From: a bacterium
GTDB taxonomy: Bacteria > Calditrichota > Calditrichia > RBG-13-44-9
Length of the DNA stretch: 48,141 nucleotides
NCBI GenBank assembly: GCA_020350205.1
Contig: CP070707.1
Coordinates: 3,450,276-3,498,416, forward strand
Direction: 5' to 3'
The notes below the pieces were generated by a model. That model was given only the letters and a program-made list of their open reading frames with translations, was not told the origin of the DNA and did no database searches. Made by a program: the position numbers and the translations under genes. This document shows positions 27,622 to 40,500 of the stretch, in pieces (the first letter of the stretch is position 1; the number at the start of each line of letters is the position of its first letter).

Positions 27622-27871
27622 CAGGAATTCCCTGGATAACAAGGAAAACAATTACAACTACGTTGTTGATGCGTACCGCAAGCTTGCACCCTATATGAAT
27701 ATCGGAATAGTGTGGGCTATTGCAGTCATTGTATTCACTTTTATTGGTCTCAAACTTGATGAAAAATGGAACTCCAGTCCCTGGCTCACCTTAACAGGGG
27801 CCATTTTCGGAATTATTACCGGATTTTATCATTTTATTAAAACGATTATGACCCAGGAAAAGAAAAAATAG
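27593..27871 (+). CDS. AtpZ/AtpI-family (ATPase gene 1) small membrane protein
   Basis: YRKLAPYMNIG...FIGLKLDEKWNSSPWLTLTGAIFG pattern; start ATG 27587 or 27593 overlaps the bactofilin 3' end. Confidence 0.8.
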   Translation: MIKNPLRKNNRNSLDNKENNYNYVVDAYRKLAPYMNIGIVWAIAVIVFTFIGLKLDEKWNSSPWLTLTGAIFGIITGFYHFIKTIMTQEKKK

Positions 27872-27955
27872 TTCTTAGTCTTCCATCAGACTCTAGCCAA
27901 TTTTAAAATGTAATTCTGTTTACGAACGCTGAAATTCAACAAATGTTTTTTCAAT

Positions 27956-28342
27956 ATGAAGTTTTGGGATTTTTTTAAAAAAGGTTTTCTTTTATTTTTG
28001 TTTTTTGCGATATTTTTAACCTTTTCAACGGTATTTGGTCTCGCAGAGAAGGTAATTTTTGCGGGTTGGATTGGCCTCGCTCTTTCGTTTATAAATTTTG
28101 TTGTGGGTGGTGCTATTATTTCCTGGGGCGTAACCAAATCTGATAAAAAATTTTATAGTGCATTTTTTGGGGGCATGATCGGGCGCTTTGCCGCACTGTT
28201 TGCCCTTCTTTTTATCAGCATCAAAATCTTTAAAATTCAACAGTTTGTACTTTTGATTTCATTATTGATTACATATTTCAGTTTTTTGGCCATAGAAATT
28301 TGGATTATTTACCGGTCTTCTCTGGCAAGAGGAAATACATAA
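27956..28342 (+). CDS. atpI: ATP synthase protein I-like membrane protein
   Basis: Four TM helices, 'FFGGMIGRF' motif, located directly before atpB. Confidence 0.7.
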   Translation: MKFWDFFKKGFLLFLFFAIFLTFSTVFGLAEKVIFAGWIGLALSFINFVVGGAIISWGVTKSDKKFYSAFFGGMIGRFAALFALLFISIKIFKIQQFVLLISLLITYFSFLAIEIWIIYRSSLARGNT

Positions 28343-29185
28343 ATGTCATATTCTGAAGCAGTTACTGAGACAGTAGAGAAACATGAGCAAACTGGATTGG
28401 GTGATTTTATTATTCATCATATCCAGGATTCTCCTGAATGGAATGTGCTTGGATATCACATTCACCTGCCGACTTTTAAACCTATTCATCTCTTAGGAAT
28501 TGAGCTGGATCTTTCCATTACCCAGCATGTCGTCATGATGTGGGTCGCTTCTCTTATGCTCATCATTACCTTCGGACTGTTGTTTCGCAAGCGAAAGTTG
28601 GTTCCTACTGGATTTGCTGCGATCCTGGAGACAATGGTTTTGTTCGTGCGCGATGAAATTGCGATTCCCAACATCGGTTTAAAAGATGGGAAAAAACTCA
28701 CTCCGCTTCTGGCTACCCTGTTTTTCTTTATCCTGACCTGCAATCTTATTGGTCTGATTCCTCTTTTTAGCACGGCTACCGGCAATATTACGGTGACAGC
28801 CTCCCTGGCCATTATTACCTTTATAAGCACCCAGGTGATGGGAATGGTTAAAAATGGAGTAATCGGGTACTGGAAAAGTATGGTGCCTCATGGTATCCCG
28901 TTTCCGCTGTTGTTTATCATTGTACCGATTGAAATTTTTGGTTTGTTCACAAAGCCATTCGCGCTGGCCATGCGATTGTTTGCCAATATGATTGCCGGAC
29001 ATACAGTTATTTATGCCCTGATCGGTTTGATTATCGCAATTGGCAGTTATTTTGTATCACCTTTTGCCATTGGCTTTGCATTGTTTATTAATTTTCTGGA
29101 AATTCTTGTGGCCTTTATACAGGCATATATTTTTACGATGCTGTCTTCCCTTTTCATTGGGATGGCAATGCATCCGGAACATTGA
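28343..29185 (+). CDS. atpB: ATP synthase F0 subunit a
   Basis: NLIGLIP, TATGNI, KPFALAMRLFANMIAGH (essential Arg) and LEILVAFIQAYIFTML motifs. Confidence 0.97.
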   Translation: MSYSEAVTETVEKHEQTGLGDFIIHHIQDSPEWNVLGYHIHLPTFKPIHLLGIELDLSITQHVVMMWVASLMLIITFGLLFRKRKLVPTGFAAILETMVLFVRDEIAIPNIGLKDGKKLTPLLATLFFFILTCNLIGLIPLFSTATGNITVTASLAIITFISTQVMGMVKNGVIGYWKSMVPHGIPFPLLFIIVPIEIFGLFTKPFALAMRLFANMIAGHTVIYALIGLIIAIGSYFVSPFAIGFALFINFLEILVAFIQAYIFTMLSSLFIGMAMHPEH

Positions 29186-29229
29186 TTGAATCAATTATTC
29201 ATTTAAACTTAAAGAAAAAGGAGAACATA

Positions 29230-29457
29230 ATGGGTGATCTTGCTCTTGCTTATCTGGCTGCGGGACTTGGTGCAGCTATTGTTGCAATTGCCACCGGATT
29301 AGGTATCGGACGAATCGGAAGTGCGGCCATGGAAGGCACAGCTCGGCAACCGGAGGCAGCAAATGCCATCAGAACTTCCATGATTATCTCTGCAGCTCTT
29401 ATTGAAGGTGTGGCATTTTTTGGTTTGGTTATTTGTTTCTTGCTTAGTCTAAAATAA
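29230..29457 (+). CDS. atpE: ATP synthase F0 subunit c
   Basis: GLGIG, RQPE loop, ALIEGV; AAGGAG RBS before ATG 29230. Confidence 0.97.
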   Translation: MGDLALAYLAAGLGAAIVAIATGLGIGRIGSAAMEGTARQPEAANAIRTSMIISAALIEGVAFFGLVICFLLSLK

Positions 29458-29478
29458 TTAAAATGTGAGTGATGAATT

Positions 29479-29973
29479 ATGCTTCAGCTTGAACCCGGTA
29501 TGATGATATGGACCTGGGTAACTTTTTTCTTTCTATTCATTGTTTTGGCGAAAATTGCCTGGAAACCCCTTCTGACAATCGTTGAGAAGAGGGAAAAGAC
29601 CATCAGTGATTCGCTGAAAAAGGCAGAAGATGCTCAATTGCAGGCTCAAAAACTGATGGAAGAACAGCAACAAAAACTTGCTGATGCCCAGAGTGATATC
29701 CAAAAAATGATGAAAGAAAATAAGGATTTGGCAGAAAAGATGAAGAATGATCTGATCGAGAAGGCAAAGCTCGAATCCCAAAAACTTCATGATCGGGCTC
29801 GTGCAGATATCGAACGTGAAACCGAAGCAGCGGTTCTGGAACTGAAAAAACAGGTGGCAGATCTGGCGATTCAAGCAGCAGCTCGTCTGATTCAGGAAAA
29901 TCTCGATGCAAAAAAACACCATGATCTTATTGATGGGTATATAAAAGAACTTGATGATTTAAAGAAAAACTGA
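29479..29973 (+). CDS. atpF: ATP synthase F0 subunit b
   Basis: N-terminal TM helix, AWKP...EKRE motif, long coiled coil. Confidence 0.95.
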   Translation: MLQLEPGMMIWTWVTFFFLFIVLAKIAWKPLLTIVEKREKTISDSLKKAEDAQLQAQKLMEEQQQKLADAQSDIQKMMKENKDLAEKMKNDLIEKAKLESQKLHDRARADIERETEAAVLELKKQVADLAIQAAARLIQENLDAKKHHDLIDGYIKELDDLKKN

Positions 29974-29984
29974 GGAAATTTCAG

Positions 29985-30524
29985 TTGGCAGGATCCCGCG
30001 TTACCCGCAGATATGCAAAAGCGCTCTTCGATTTGGCCAGAGAGCAAAATATTTTAGATCAGATTGAGTCTGATGTGATTCAGTTGCAAAAGATTATGGC
30101 AGAGTCTGAAGAGATGGTTGCTTTGTTACAATCGCCTGTCATTCAGGTGTCTGAGAAAAGAAATCTGGTTACAAAAATATTTGAGGATACAGTAAACCGG
30201 GTGACGTTTGATTTCCTGAATCTCCTGTTGCAAAAGAACCGGGAGGAGCTCCTGTCTGAAATCATCAGTTATTTTCTGAAATATTTGGATGATTCAAAGG
30301 GGATTTTACGGGGCGAATTGTTGACTGCATATGAACTATCTGCTTCGCAAAAAACTGCTTTGAAAAACCAACTGGACCGGATTACCGGAAAAGATGTACT
30401 TTTGCAGGAAAAAATTGATTCAAGCCTGATTGCTGGATTTGTGGTGAGACTGGACGATACGGTTATCGATAGCAGTATTAAAAATCAGCTTGATAAAATG
30501 CGTGAAAAATTAATGCTTAGCTAA
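29985..30524 (+). CDS. atpH: ATP synthase F1 subunit delta
   Basis: RRYAKALF and D.SLIAGFVVRLDDTVIDSSI motifs; TTG start. Confidence 0.95.
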   Translation: MAGSRVTRRYAKALFDLAREQNILDQIESDVIQLQKIMAESEEMVALLQSPVIQVSEKRNLVTKIFEDTVNRVTFDFLNLLLQKNREELLSEIISYFLKYLDDSKGILRGELLTAYELSASQKTALKNQLDRITGKDVLLQEKIDSSLIAGFVVRLDDTVIDSSIKNQLDKMREKLMLS

Positions 30525-30560
30525 TTTTGAAGCTATCCCCTAAAAAATAAAGGAAAATAA

Positions 30561-32096
30561 ATGGCAGTTGAAGTAAAACCCGATGAAATTTCTTCGATTC
30601 TCAAGAAACAGCTGGCCAGTTACGAAAAGGAAACAGATGTTTATGATGTAGGGACGGTGCTACAGGTGGGAGATGGTATCGCTCGAGTATATGGTTTATC
30701 AGGCGTCATGGCCGGCGAATTGGTAGAATTTCCGCATGAAGTCATGGGTGTGGTTTTAAACCTGGAAGAAGATAATGTTGGTTGCGTACTGTTCGGGGAA
30801 GATTTTCTGATTAAGGAAGGAGATACGGTTCGACGCACCAAGCGAATTCTGGAAGTCCCGGTTGGAAAAGAAATGTTAGGCCGGGTCATCACCCCGCTGG
30901 GCGAAGCGAAGGATGGCAAAGGGACCATAAAAAGTTCCCAATCCTTTCCGGTTGAAAGAAAAGCACCCGGTGTGGTCTATCGTCAGCCGGTAAAAGAACC
31001 GCTACAAACCGGATTAAAAGCCATTGACTCAATGATTCCCATCGGTCGTGGGCAACGTGAATTAATCATTGGGGATCGTCAAACCGGCAAAACCGCTATT
31101 GCTATCGATACAATCATTAATCAAAAATATACCCATGATACAGAAACTCCCGTGTACTGTATTTATGTGGCTATCGGTCAGAAGGCCTCCACAGTTGCAA
31201 AGGTGGTGAAAACCCTGGAAGATGCCGGCGCCATGGAATATACCATTGTTGTTTCTGCAGATGCCAGCGAACCTGCACCATTGCAATATTTGGCACCCTA
31301 TTCCGGTGCCACCCTGGGAGAGTATTTCCGGGATAATAAAATGCATGCCCTGGTCATTTATGATGATCTGAGTAAGCATGCCTGGGCATACCGGCAGGTT
31401 TCTTTATTGCTGAGACGGCCGCCGGGAAGAGAGGCTTATCCCGGGGACATTTTCTATCTGCACTCTCGGCTGCTGGAAAGAGCTGCAAAATTGAGCGACG
31501 GAGAAGGGGGCGGATCTCTGACGGCATTTCCCATCATTGAAACCCAAGCAGGGGACGTCTCGGCCTATATTCCCACAAATGTTATCTCAATTACCGACGG
31601 TCAAATTTACCTGGAACCGAATCTGTTTTATTCCGGTGTACGTCCGGCGGTGAATCCCGGCATCTCGGTGAGCCGTGTTGGGGGTAATGCACAAATAAAA
31701 GCCATGCGGCAAGTTGCAGGAAGCCTTCGTCTGGATCTGGCAAACTATCGGGAATTAGAAGCCTTCGTGAAGTTTGGATCTGATTTGGATAAAACGACCC
31801 AGGCCCAGATAACCCGGGGACAAAGACTGGTCGAACTGCTTAAACAGGATCAATATACTCCCATGGATGTTGCCAAACAGATTGCGGTTATCTTTGTTGG
31901 CACCCAGGGTCATTTGGACAAGATTCCGGTAAATGCTGTCAGGAAGTTTGAGAAAGATTTTTTGGAATATCTGGAGAATAAACAGCCGGAGATCTTTAAG
32001 AAGATCAATAAGGAAAAAGTCTTATCAGATGAATTGAAAGATATTCTGAACAAGACAACTGAGGAATTTATTAAGATTTTTAATGCCGGAGACTGA
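30561..32096 (+). CDS. atpA: ATP synthase F1 subunit alpha
   Basis: [15 protein letters not shown] and [10 protein letters not shown] motifs. Confidence 0.98.
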   Translation: MAVEVKPDEISSILKKQLASYEKETDVYDVGTVLQVGDGIARVYGLSGVMAGELVEFPHEVMGVVLNLEEDNVGCVLFGEDFLIKEGDTVRRTKRILEVPVGKEMLGRVITPLGEAKDGKGTIKSSQSFPVERKAPGVVYRQPVKEPLQTGLKAIDSMIPIGRGQRELIIGDRQTGKTAIAIDTIINQKYTHDTETPVYCIYVAIGQKASTVAKVVKTLEDAGAMEYTIVVSADASEPAPLQYLAPYSGATLGEYFRDNKMHALVIYDDLSKHAWAYRQVSLLLRRPPGREAYPGDIFYLHSRLLERAAKLSDGEGGGSLTAFPIIETQAGDVSAYIPTNVISITDGQIYLEPNLFYSGVRPAVNPGISVSRVGGNAQIKAMRQVAGSLRLDLANYRELEAFVKFGSDLDKTTQAQITRGQRLVELLKQDQYTPMDVAKQIAVIFVGTQGHLDKIPVNAVRKFEKDFLEYLENKQPEIFKKINKEKVLSDELKDILNKTTEEFIKIFNAGD

Positions 32097-32104
32097 TGTA
32101 AAAA

Positions 32105-34385
<2,281 letters not shown>

Positions 34386-34414
34386 TACATCCACAAGGAT
34401 TGGGAATTTATGAC

Positions 34415-34452
34415 AAGGGGATAGGCAGCAGTATTATCCCCTTTTTTCTTTT
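34415..34452 (+). terminator. Intrinsic terminator-like hairpin between atpD and atpC
   Basis: AAGGGGATA, 11-nt loop, TATCCCCTT, followed by TTTTCTTTT. Confidence 0.75.
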
Positions 34453-34512
34453 CGAGCGAATGGAATTTTTACTAAAGTAACTAGGGTATTAAACGATAAT
34501 AGGTTTATTATT

Positions 34513-34923
34513 ATGGATGAAAATAGGTTGTCGGTAACCATTACCACTCCCCAAAAAAAGTGGGTTTTAGATGATATCATCAGCGTCACAGCACCAGGAG
34601 TCATGGGAAGTTTTCAGGTTTTAAGCCAGCATGCTCCTCTGATGACTCAGCTCGAAATTGGTGAAATCAAGGTTGAAAAGGAGGGCAGTACCGAACTTTA
34701 TGCCACGGCGGGAGGATTTTTGGAGGTATTGAAAAATAATGTCTCTCTTTTACTGGAAAGCTGTGAAAAAGGCTTAGAAATTGATTCTGCTCGAGCAGAA
34801 AACTCTGCAGAGCGTGCCCGGAATCGGCTAAAAAATCGCTCTGATGAAATTGATATCCCCCGGGCAGAGATGGCTTTGGCAAGGGCTTTAAACCGGATTA
34901 GAATCGCAAATAAAGTTAAATGA
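34513..34923 (+). CDS. atpC: ATP synthase F1 subunit epsilon
   Basis: ITTPQ, APGVMGSFQVLSQHAPL, GGFLEV and ALARALNR motifs. Confidence 0.95.
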   Translation: MDENRLSVTITTPQKKWVLDDIISVTAPGVMGSFQVLSQHAPLMTQLEIGEIKVEKEGSTELYATAGGFLEVLKNNVSLLLESCEKGLEIDSARAENSAERARNRLKNRSDEIDIPRAEMALARALNRIRIANKVK

Positions 34924-34938
34924 ACATCTTAATAACAT

Positions 34939-34966
34939 TTGATTTATAAAAAAAATTTTGTATATT
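34939..34966 (+). promoter_or_regulatory. Candidate sigma70 promoter of the TPR/ExbBD operon
   Basis: TTGATT (34939-44), 16 nt, TATATT (34961-66). Confidence 0.5.
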
Positions 34967-34991
34967 GCCCAAAATTAAAAATGGTTGCTTA

Positions 34992-37574
34992 ATGATGAAA
35001 CTTTTTACTCTCATTTTTATCTTCATAATAAGCATCCTTATCCTCCCTAGCTCGGTTTTATCTCAAGAAACATCAGATACCGGAAGTGATGACGGATCGC
35101 TTCGATTTTATTCTGAAGAAGCCTATCAAGTGGCTTTGACGAATTATGTCACTAACATGCTGAACAGATATTATGTTGAAAGTCTGCCGCAGGAACGGTT
35201 TCTTGTGGCCTTGATGCGTTTGGTGAATAATGAGATGAATAGTCGAATCAAGAATCGTCGTGAAGCCATCGAAAAATACTTCAGCGATTTAAAAATGCAG
35301 ATTGATGAACTGCAGCAGTTGGAAGAGAGACTTCACGCTTCGGGCATTCATGAGCTGGATGATTTTATCAGCGAGCTCGATACGCGGATGAGAATGGCGG
35401 TGCGGTCCGGGGAGATTAATTATAAGCAAAAAAAGGTTTTTGAGGATGCCCTCCAGCTACTGTACATCGCTGAGGAAATGATCAAACTTGACCAGCTGAG
35501 TGACCCGAGTAGTCTGAACCGCCGCATTAGTAAAAGTAAGGACCGTTTATTAAATGCATTCGGTGAAGTGGGAGATTTGGAACTGATTCCGCTGGAAATG
35601 GCACCGACCATTTTCAATTTGTTCGAGGAATGGCGGAAAACCGACTCTTACAAGTTTAGTGCACGGGTGATCGATGTCAAAATTGCACGGTCTAAACTGA
35701 TTAAATCTGGAAACATTGAACAGGTCGATCGCATGCTCAATGCACAGTTACGTTATGCTTATGCCAGTTTTAACTATTTGGAATACGATCTTGCGGAAAG
35801 GCTTTTGGAAGATCTGATCGAAACCTATCAGGATGCAGGTGTTCGTGATTTTGAGGATGTTTATTTTTATTGGGGAGAGAGTAATTTTGCACTCAATCGA
35901 TTTTTAAAAGCTCGGGGGGTTTTCAATCAACTTTTACAAGAGTATCCTGGGTCGGTATATCTCTCCCGGGCATATGGCCGGTTGATACAGCTCTCTTATA
36001 AATTAGGTGAATATGATGAAGCGATTCGTTATTATGCCTCTTTTCAAGATGTAACTTCCTCCACCCAGGAAGATTATTATGATGTGCTGTTCGTAGCAGC
36101 CCTCTGCTTTTATGAAAATGTTGATTTTAACCGTGCCGTGGAAATATTACTGTCCATTCCACAGAACAGTGAATACTACTTTTTTTCCCAATATTTGGTA
36201 GGTACAATCTATAATGCCGGTCAAAATTATGATCTCGCCTATGATGTCTTCGAGTCGATGGCCACGTCCAAAAAAACACCACCTGAATTTCACAACCGGG
36301 CTCTCCTGAAATTATCTCAAATCAGTTATGAACGTGGGGACTATCTGACCTCTATAGATTATGCCACCAGAATCCCCGGGAATTTCAAACGGTATGACAA
36401 AGTGCTTAATATTTTATTGTGGTCCCATTTTATGCTCGAAAAAAGCAGACAACCGGATCCGCTCCAGCGAGACTATACTCAGGCTAAGAGTTATGCTTTT
36501 AAATTACTGGAGGATTATTACAGTTCCGAGTATCGGATGGAAGCCGAGAGTTTACTGGGCTATATGTACCAATCTGAAAATGATTTACCTCTTGCCCGCG
36601 ATTTTTATACTGATGTTTATAAATCAAAAATGGAACGAAACAACCTGAGTGAAAGTCTGGCTCTTACAGATAGCATGAGCAAGATTTACCAGAACTCCGT
36701 ACTCGAGGAAGAAGATGCCTTGCGTCAGGATAATCGCGACGGTTATGTCCAGGCAGCCGGCATTTCGGAGGAATTCCGGCGCAAAATCTGGGATGAGAAA
36801 ATTGCCGATAAAAGTAACATTGGTGCCCAGGTTTCAGGAGAAATTACCGATATGGTGAATCAACTTTCAGAGTTAAATCACCTGCGGAAGTTAGCCGTTG
36901 AACAGGAAAATGAATATGCGATTGAGAAAATTGATGCCCTGATGGATGATATTAAATCCTCTCTGAACTTATATTCTGAAGCGGATATTCAAAAAGCTCT
37001 TCTGATAAATTCCTATCCGGTGGCAAAAAAGGTAGCGTTGGCGGATTTCCAGCAACAAAAGGATGAAGAATTACGCCAGGATATCAGGGACGAAATGATC
37101 CAGATTGATGCCCAACTTCAGCAGTTAAGTGTAGAAATTGAACGTGCAAAATTGTTGGGTAGTTATGACCGGGTGGTGGCTCTAGAACAAAATCAACGGC
37201 ATCTGGTTGAAATCGGAAAAAAATACGATCAGCTTTATGCTTATGCGATGGGACTAGAGGCTGCGGAAACCTATGCGGAGTTTGATCGGTGGGGAGAATT
37301 TGGTGCTGTAGGAATTATTGATGTCAATTTTGGACAGAGAGACCGGTTACAGGATCAAATGTCCCAGGTTTCTTCGGTCTATAATTCGATTATGGATAAA
37401 ATTACTCAAAGACGTCAGGTAGTAGAAGATCAACTCAAGAAGATCGAAGCTGAAATTCGTTTTATGACAATGAAGGCGCGTTTGGAAGAACGTCAAAGAT
37501 TGAGAGCTGAAAGAGAACAATCCTTCCGAGAAACATATTTTGATACGCGAACCAGTGAATTTGAGGAGAAATAA
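34992..37574 (+). CDS. Secreted TPR-repeat and coiled-coil protein (Glt-type cluster)
   Basis: Signal peptide MMKLFTLIFIFIISILILPSSVLSQ; central TPRs (YFYWGESNF, LLQEYPGS.Y); C-terminal coiled coils; stop abuts next ATG (TAAATG). Confidence 0.8.
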   Translation: MMKLFTLIFIFIISILILPSSVLSQETSDTGSDDGSLRFYSEEAYQVALTNYVTNMLNRYYVESLPQERFLVALMRLVNNEMNSRIKNRREAIEKYFSDLKMQIDELQQLEERLHASGIHELDDFISELDTRMRMAVRSGEINYKQKKVFEDALQLLYIAEEMIKLDQLSDPSSLNRRISKSKDRLLNAFGEVGDLELIPLEMAPTIFNLFEEWRKTDSYKFSARVIDVKIARSKLIKSGNIEQVDRMLNAQLRYAYASFNYLEYDLAERLLEDLIETYQDAGVRDFEDVYFYWGESNFALNRFLKARGVFNQLLQEYPGSVYLSRAYGRLIQLSYKLGEYDEAIRYYASFQDVTSSTQEDYYDVLFVAALCFYENVDFNRAVEILLSIPQNSEYYFFSQYLVGTIYNAGQNYDLAYDVFESMATSKKTPPEFHNRALLKLSQISYERGDYLTSIDYATRIPGNFKRYDKVLNILLWSHFMLEKSRQPDPLQRDYTQAKSYAFKLLEDYYSSEYRMEAESLLGYMYQSENDLPLARDFYTDVYKSKMERNNLSESLALTDSMSKIYQNSVLEEEDALRQDNRDGYVQAAGISEEFRRKIWDEKIADKSNIGAQVSGEITDMVNQLSELNHLRKLAVEQENEYAIEKIDALMDDIKSSLNLYSEADIQKALLINSYPVAKKVALADFQQQKDEELRQDIRDEMIQIDAQLQQLSVEIERAKLLGSYDRVVALEQNQRHLVEIGKKYDQLYAYAMGLEAAETYAEFDRWGEFGAVGIIDVNFGQRDRLQDQMSQVSSVYNSIMDKITQRRQVVEDQLKKIEAEIRFMTMKARLEERQRLRAEREQSFRETYFDTRTSEFEEK

Positions 37575-40500
37575 ATGGTCATAACTTCCACAAAAAAGAG
37601 ACTTTTCCCTCAAATATTTATAATTTTTGCGGTGATTGCCGTTATTCTTTTTACCCCTTGTACAATAAAGACGACCTATGCCCAGGAAAACGATGTTGCA
37701 CAAATTGATACGGTCTTACTGAAGTATAATATCGAAGAGCTTCTCAAAATTAAGGAATACCTTGAAAATTATCGGGAAAAACTTATTCAAGAGCAGGCTC
37801 TGGAGCAACAAAAGGGTATAGAAGTAAGTAAGGAGTTTTTGCAAAAAACCAGGATTGATATTGAGAACCAGGACCAAATCTTAATCCGCATTGCCGAGTA
37901 TTATATCGAGGAAGAATCCGACTTTTATGGGCTCAGAGTGGAAGAATACAACCGGAAATATGATGAGTATGAAAAACAGCTGCAGGATTTTCAGGATGGT
38001 AAATTGAAAGCTGAACCCCTTGCGCCCACATTTCCCCGCAGAAATTATGATAAGGCGATAACCATTTACGATATTATACTTACCACTTTTCCGGAATCTG
38101 ATCTCATCGATGATGCTTTATATAACAAAGCATATTTACTGGGAGAAATGGACGAAGAAATTGCCTCCCAGGAAGTCTACCAGGAATTGATCGATAAATA
38201 TCCGGAAAGTAAGTATGTACCTGAAGCATTTATGCATCTGGCAGAATATTATTTTCAACCGAAACTAGGACAGGATCGGGAAGAAACGATTCGCAATCTG
38301 AACAAAGCAGCGCAGTTGTATAAAAATGTTTTGAAATTTAAGGAGTCAGAACGGTATACCGACGCCCTTTATAAACTGGGTTGGAGTTATTATAGGTTGG
38401 CAGGATCGGATCCCGAGTTCTACAGTGATGCGATTCTATATTTTACCCTGGTTGTCCAAGATATTGAAAAATTCCAGGAACTTGATCCCGAAGGTAAATT
38501 TGTTAAAGCCAATATAAAACCTGAGGCTTTGCAATATATTGCCGCCTGCTTTGTTGACACATCCTACACGGATGATGGTGTCAATAAGGCCAGTAATTAT
38601 ATTGAAAATCTTGGAAAACCGAAATTTGGGATTAACATTTTGGAAAGTATGGGAGATTTATATGCCCGAATTGTTCAATATGATGAGGGAATCCGGGCGT
38701 ATACTACATTGTTGGTCGTGTATCCGGATTATGCCTATGCTCCGCTGATTCAGAAAAAGATTTCGGACGTTTATCTGGAAGATCAGGAATTTGAAGCCGC
38801 CTACAATTCCCGCGAAAAACTCTATAATGAATATAATCCCAAGTCTTCCTGGTATGCGAATATTGAATTATCTGAAATGGAAGACCGTATTCTTATCCTT
38901 GACGAGGCCACAAAATATACAGAAGAAGCGCTGAGATCAAATTTAATCTACCAGCTCAATAAACCCAAGCAGGGTGCCTTGACCCGCGAAGACTCATTGA
39001 ATGCATACCGGGAATTTGCGCGATTAGCAAACCAATATCTTGAAACCTACCCAACTCATGAAAATGCGTATGAAATCAACTGGTCCCTGGCCTACATTCT
39101 GGACACTGAGCTGGGAGATTATCCCAATGCATTTGAGGAGTATATCCGTGTAAGCAATGACTATCTGGAAGAAGTTCACAGAAAGGATGCGGCGAACAAT
39201 GCAATCGTAGTTGCCCAGACGTTAACCAATCAGCAAAAAACTGAGGGGGATACAGTTCAGATCGGGGGAATCGATATCGCCCAAATACCTCCGGAACAGT
39301 TGACTGAAAATGAAAAACTTTTAGCTGAAGCATATGATAATTATATCAAATTATTTCCGGAAGATGAGCGGACTGCCGGTTACCTGTCCAGTGCCGGTGC
39401 ATTGTATTACCAGCATCGACAATATGATTTAGCTCGCAAATATTATAAGACCATGGTGACCAAATTTCCGGAATCGCAGCAGCGAAGTGTTGGTTTATTA
39501 TCCTTGATGAATAGTTATTTCTTCCTGGGTAAATATTCCGATGCGGAATTTGTGGCCAAGAAAATTGTTGAGGTTCCCGATGTCTCACCCGATCAACTGG
39601 AAGTTGCCCGAAGACGTATTGGGGAATCGATCTACAAAAATGCCGAGAAACTTGAGCAGGAAGAGCAGAACTTAGAAGCAGCGCGGGAGTTTTTCCGGGT
39701 TTACCAGGAAGCCGATTATTACAAAGAAATTGTTGATTTGGCTATATTTAACAGTGCAAAAAATTATGAATTGAGTAACGAGTGGAAACAGGCGATTAAT
39801 GTCTATGATACCCTGATAACGAACTATGAAGATTCGCAATATCGTCTGATCGCGCTTGGAAAAATCGCTGAAGCCTACAAGCAAATGGAAGATTATGAAG
39901 GTGTCGGTGCTTCCTATGAGCGGATCTATAACCTTTATCCTGAACATCAGGATGCAGAAGCGGCCCTGTATAATTCAAGTCTTTTTTATGCGCGTGCAAG
40001 CTCGTGGTCTAATGCCATCCGTGTCAACAATACATATATTAACCGTTATCCGGACAATCCGGACTCAAAAGATCTGCTTTTTGAAAATGCCCGGTATTAC
40101 TTAAAACTGGATGATCTTAGCAATGCCAATAAGATTTATGATGAATTTGCCATGCGCTATCCGGATGATCCGCGTACGATTGAAGCCTACTTCCGGCGGG
40201 GTGAATATTATTTTGAGAATCAGCAATACAGTCTTGCCAAGCAAGAATTCCGAAAGGCAATTTCACGCAGTGACCAGTTTGCACGTACCGGCCGGGATCC
40301 AAATTTACTTTACGCTTCCGAATCTTATTTCCTGCTGGGTGAAATTGAATACATAGAGTTTAAACAGATTACTCTTTCATACCCCGAATCTAATCTACGA
40401 GCACAACTACAGCAAAAGCAGACAAAATTAAGGTCAGTGATCGATGCCTTTACAACTGTTATTAAAATGGGTTCTATCAAAGGATTTGAAGCGATGTACA

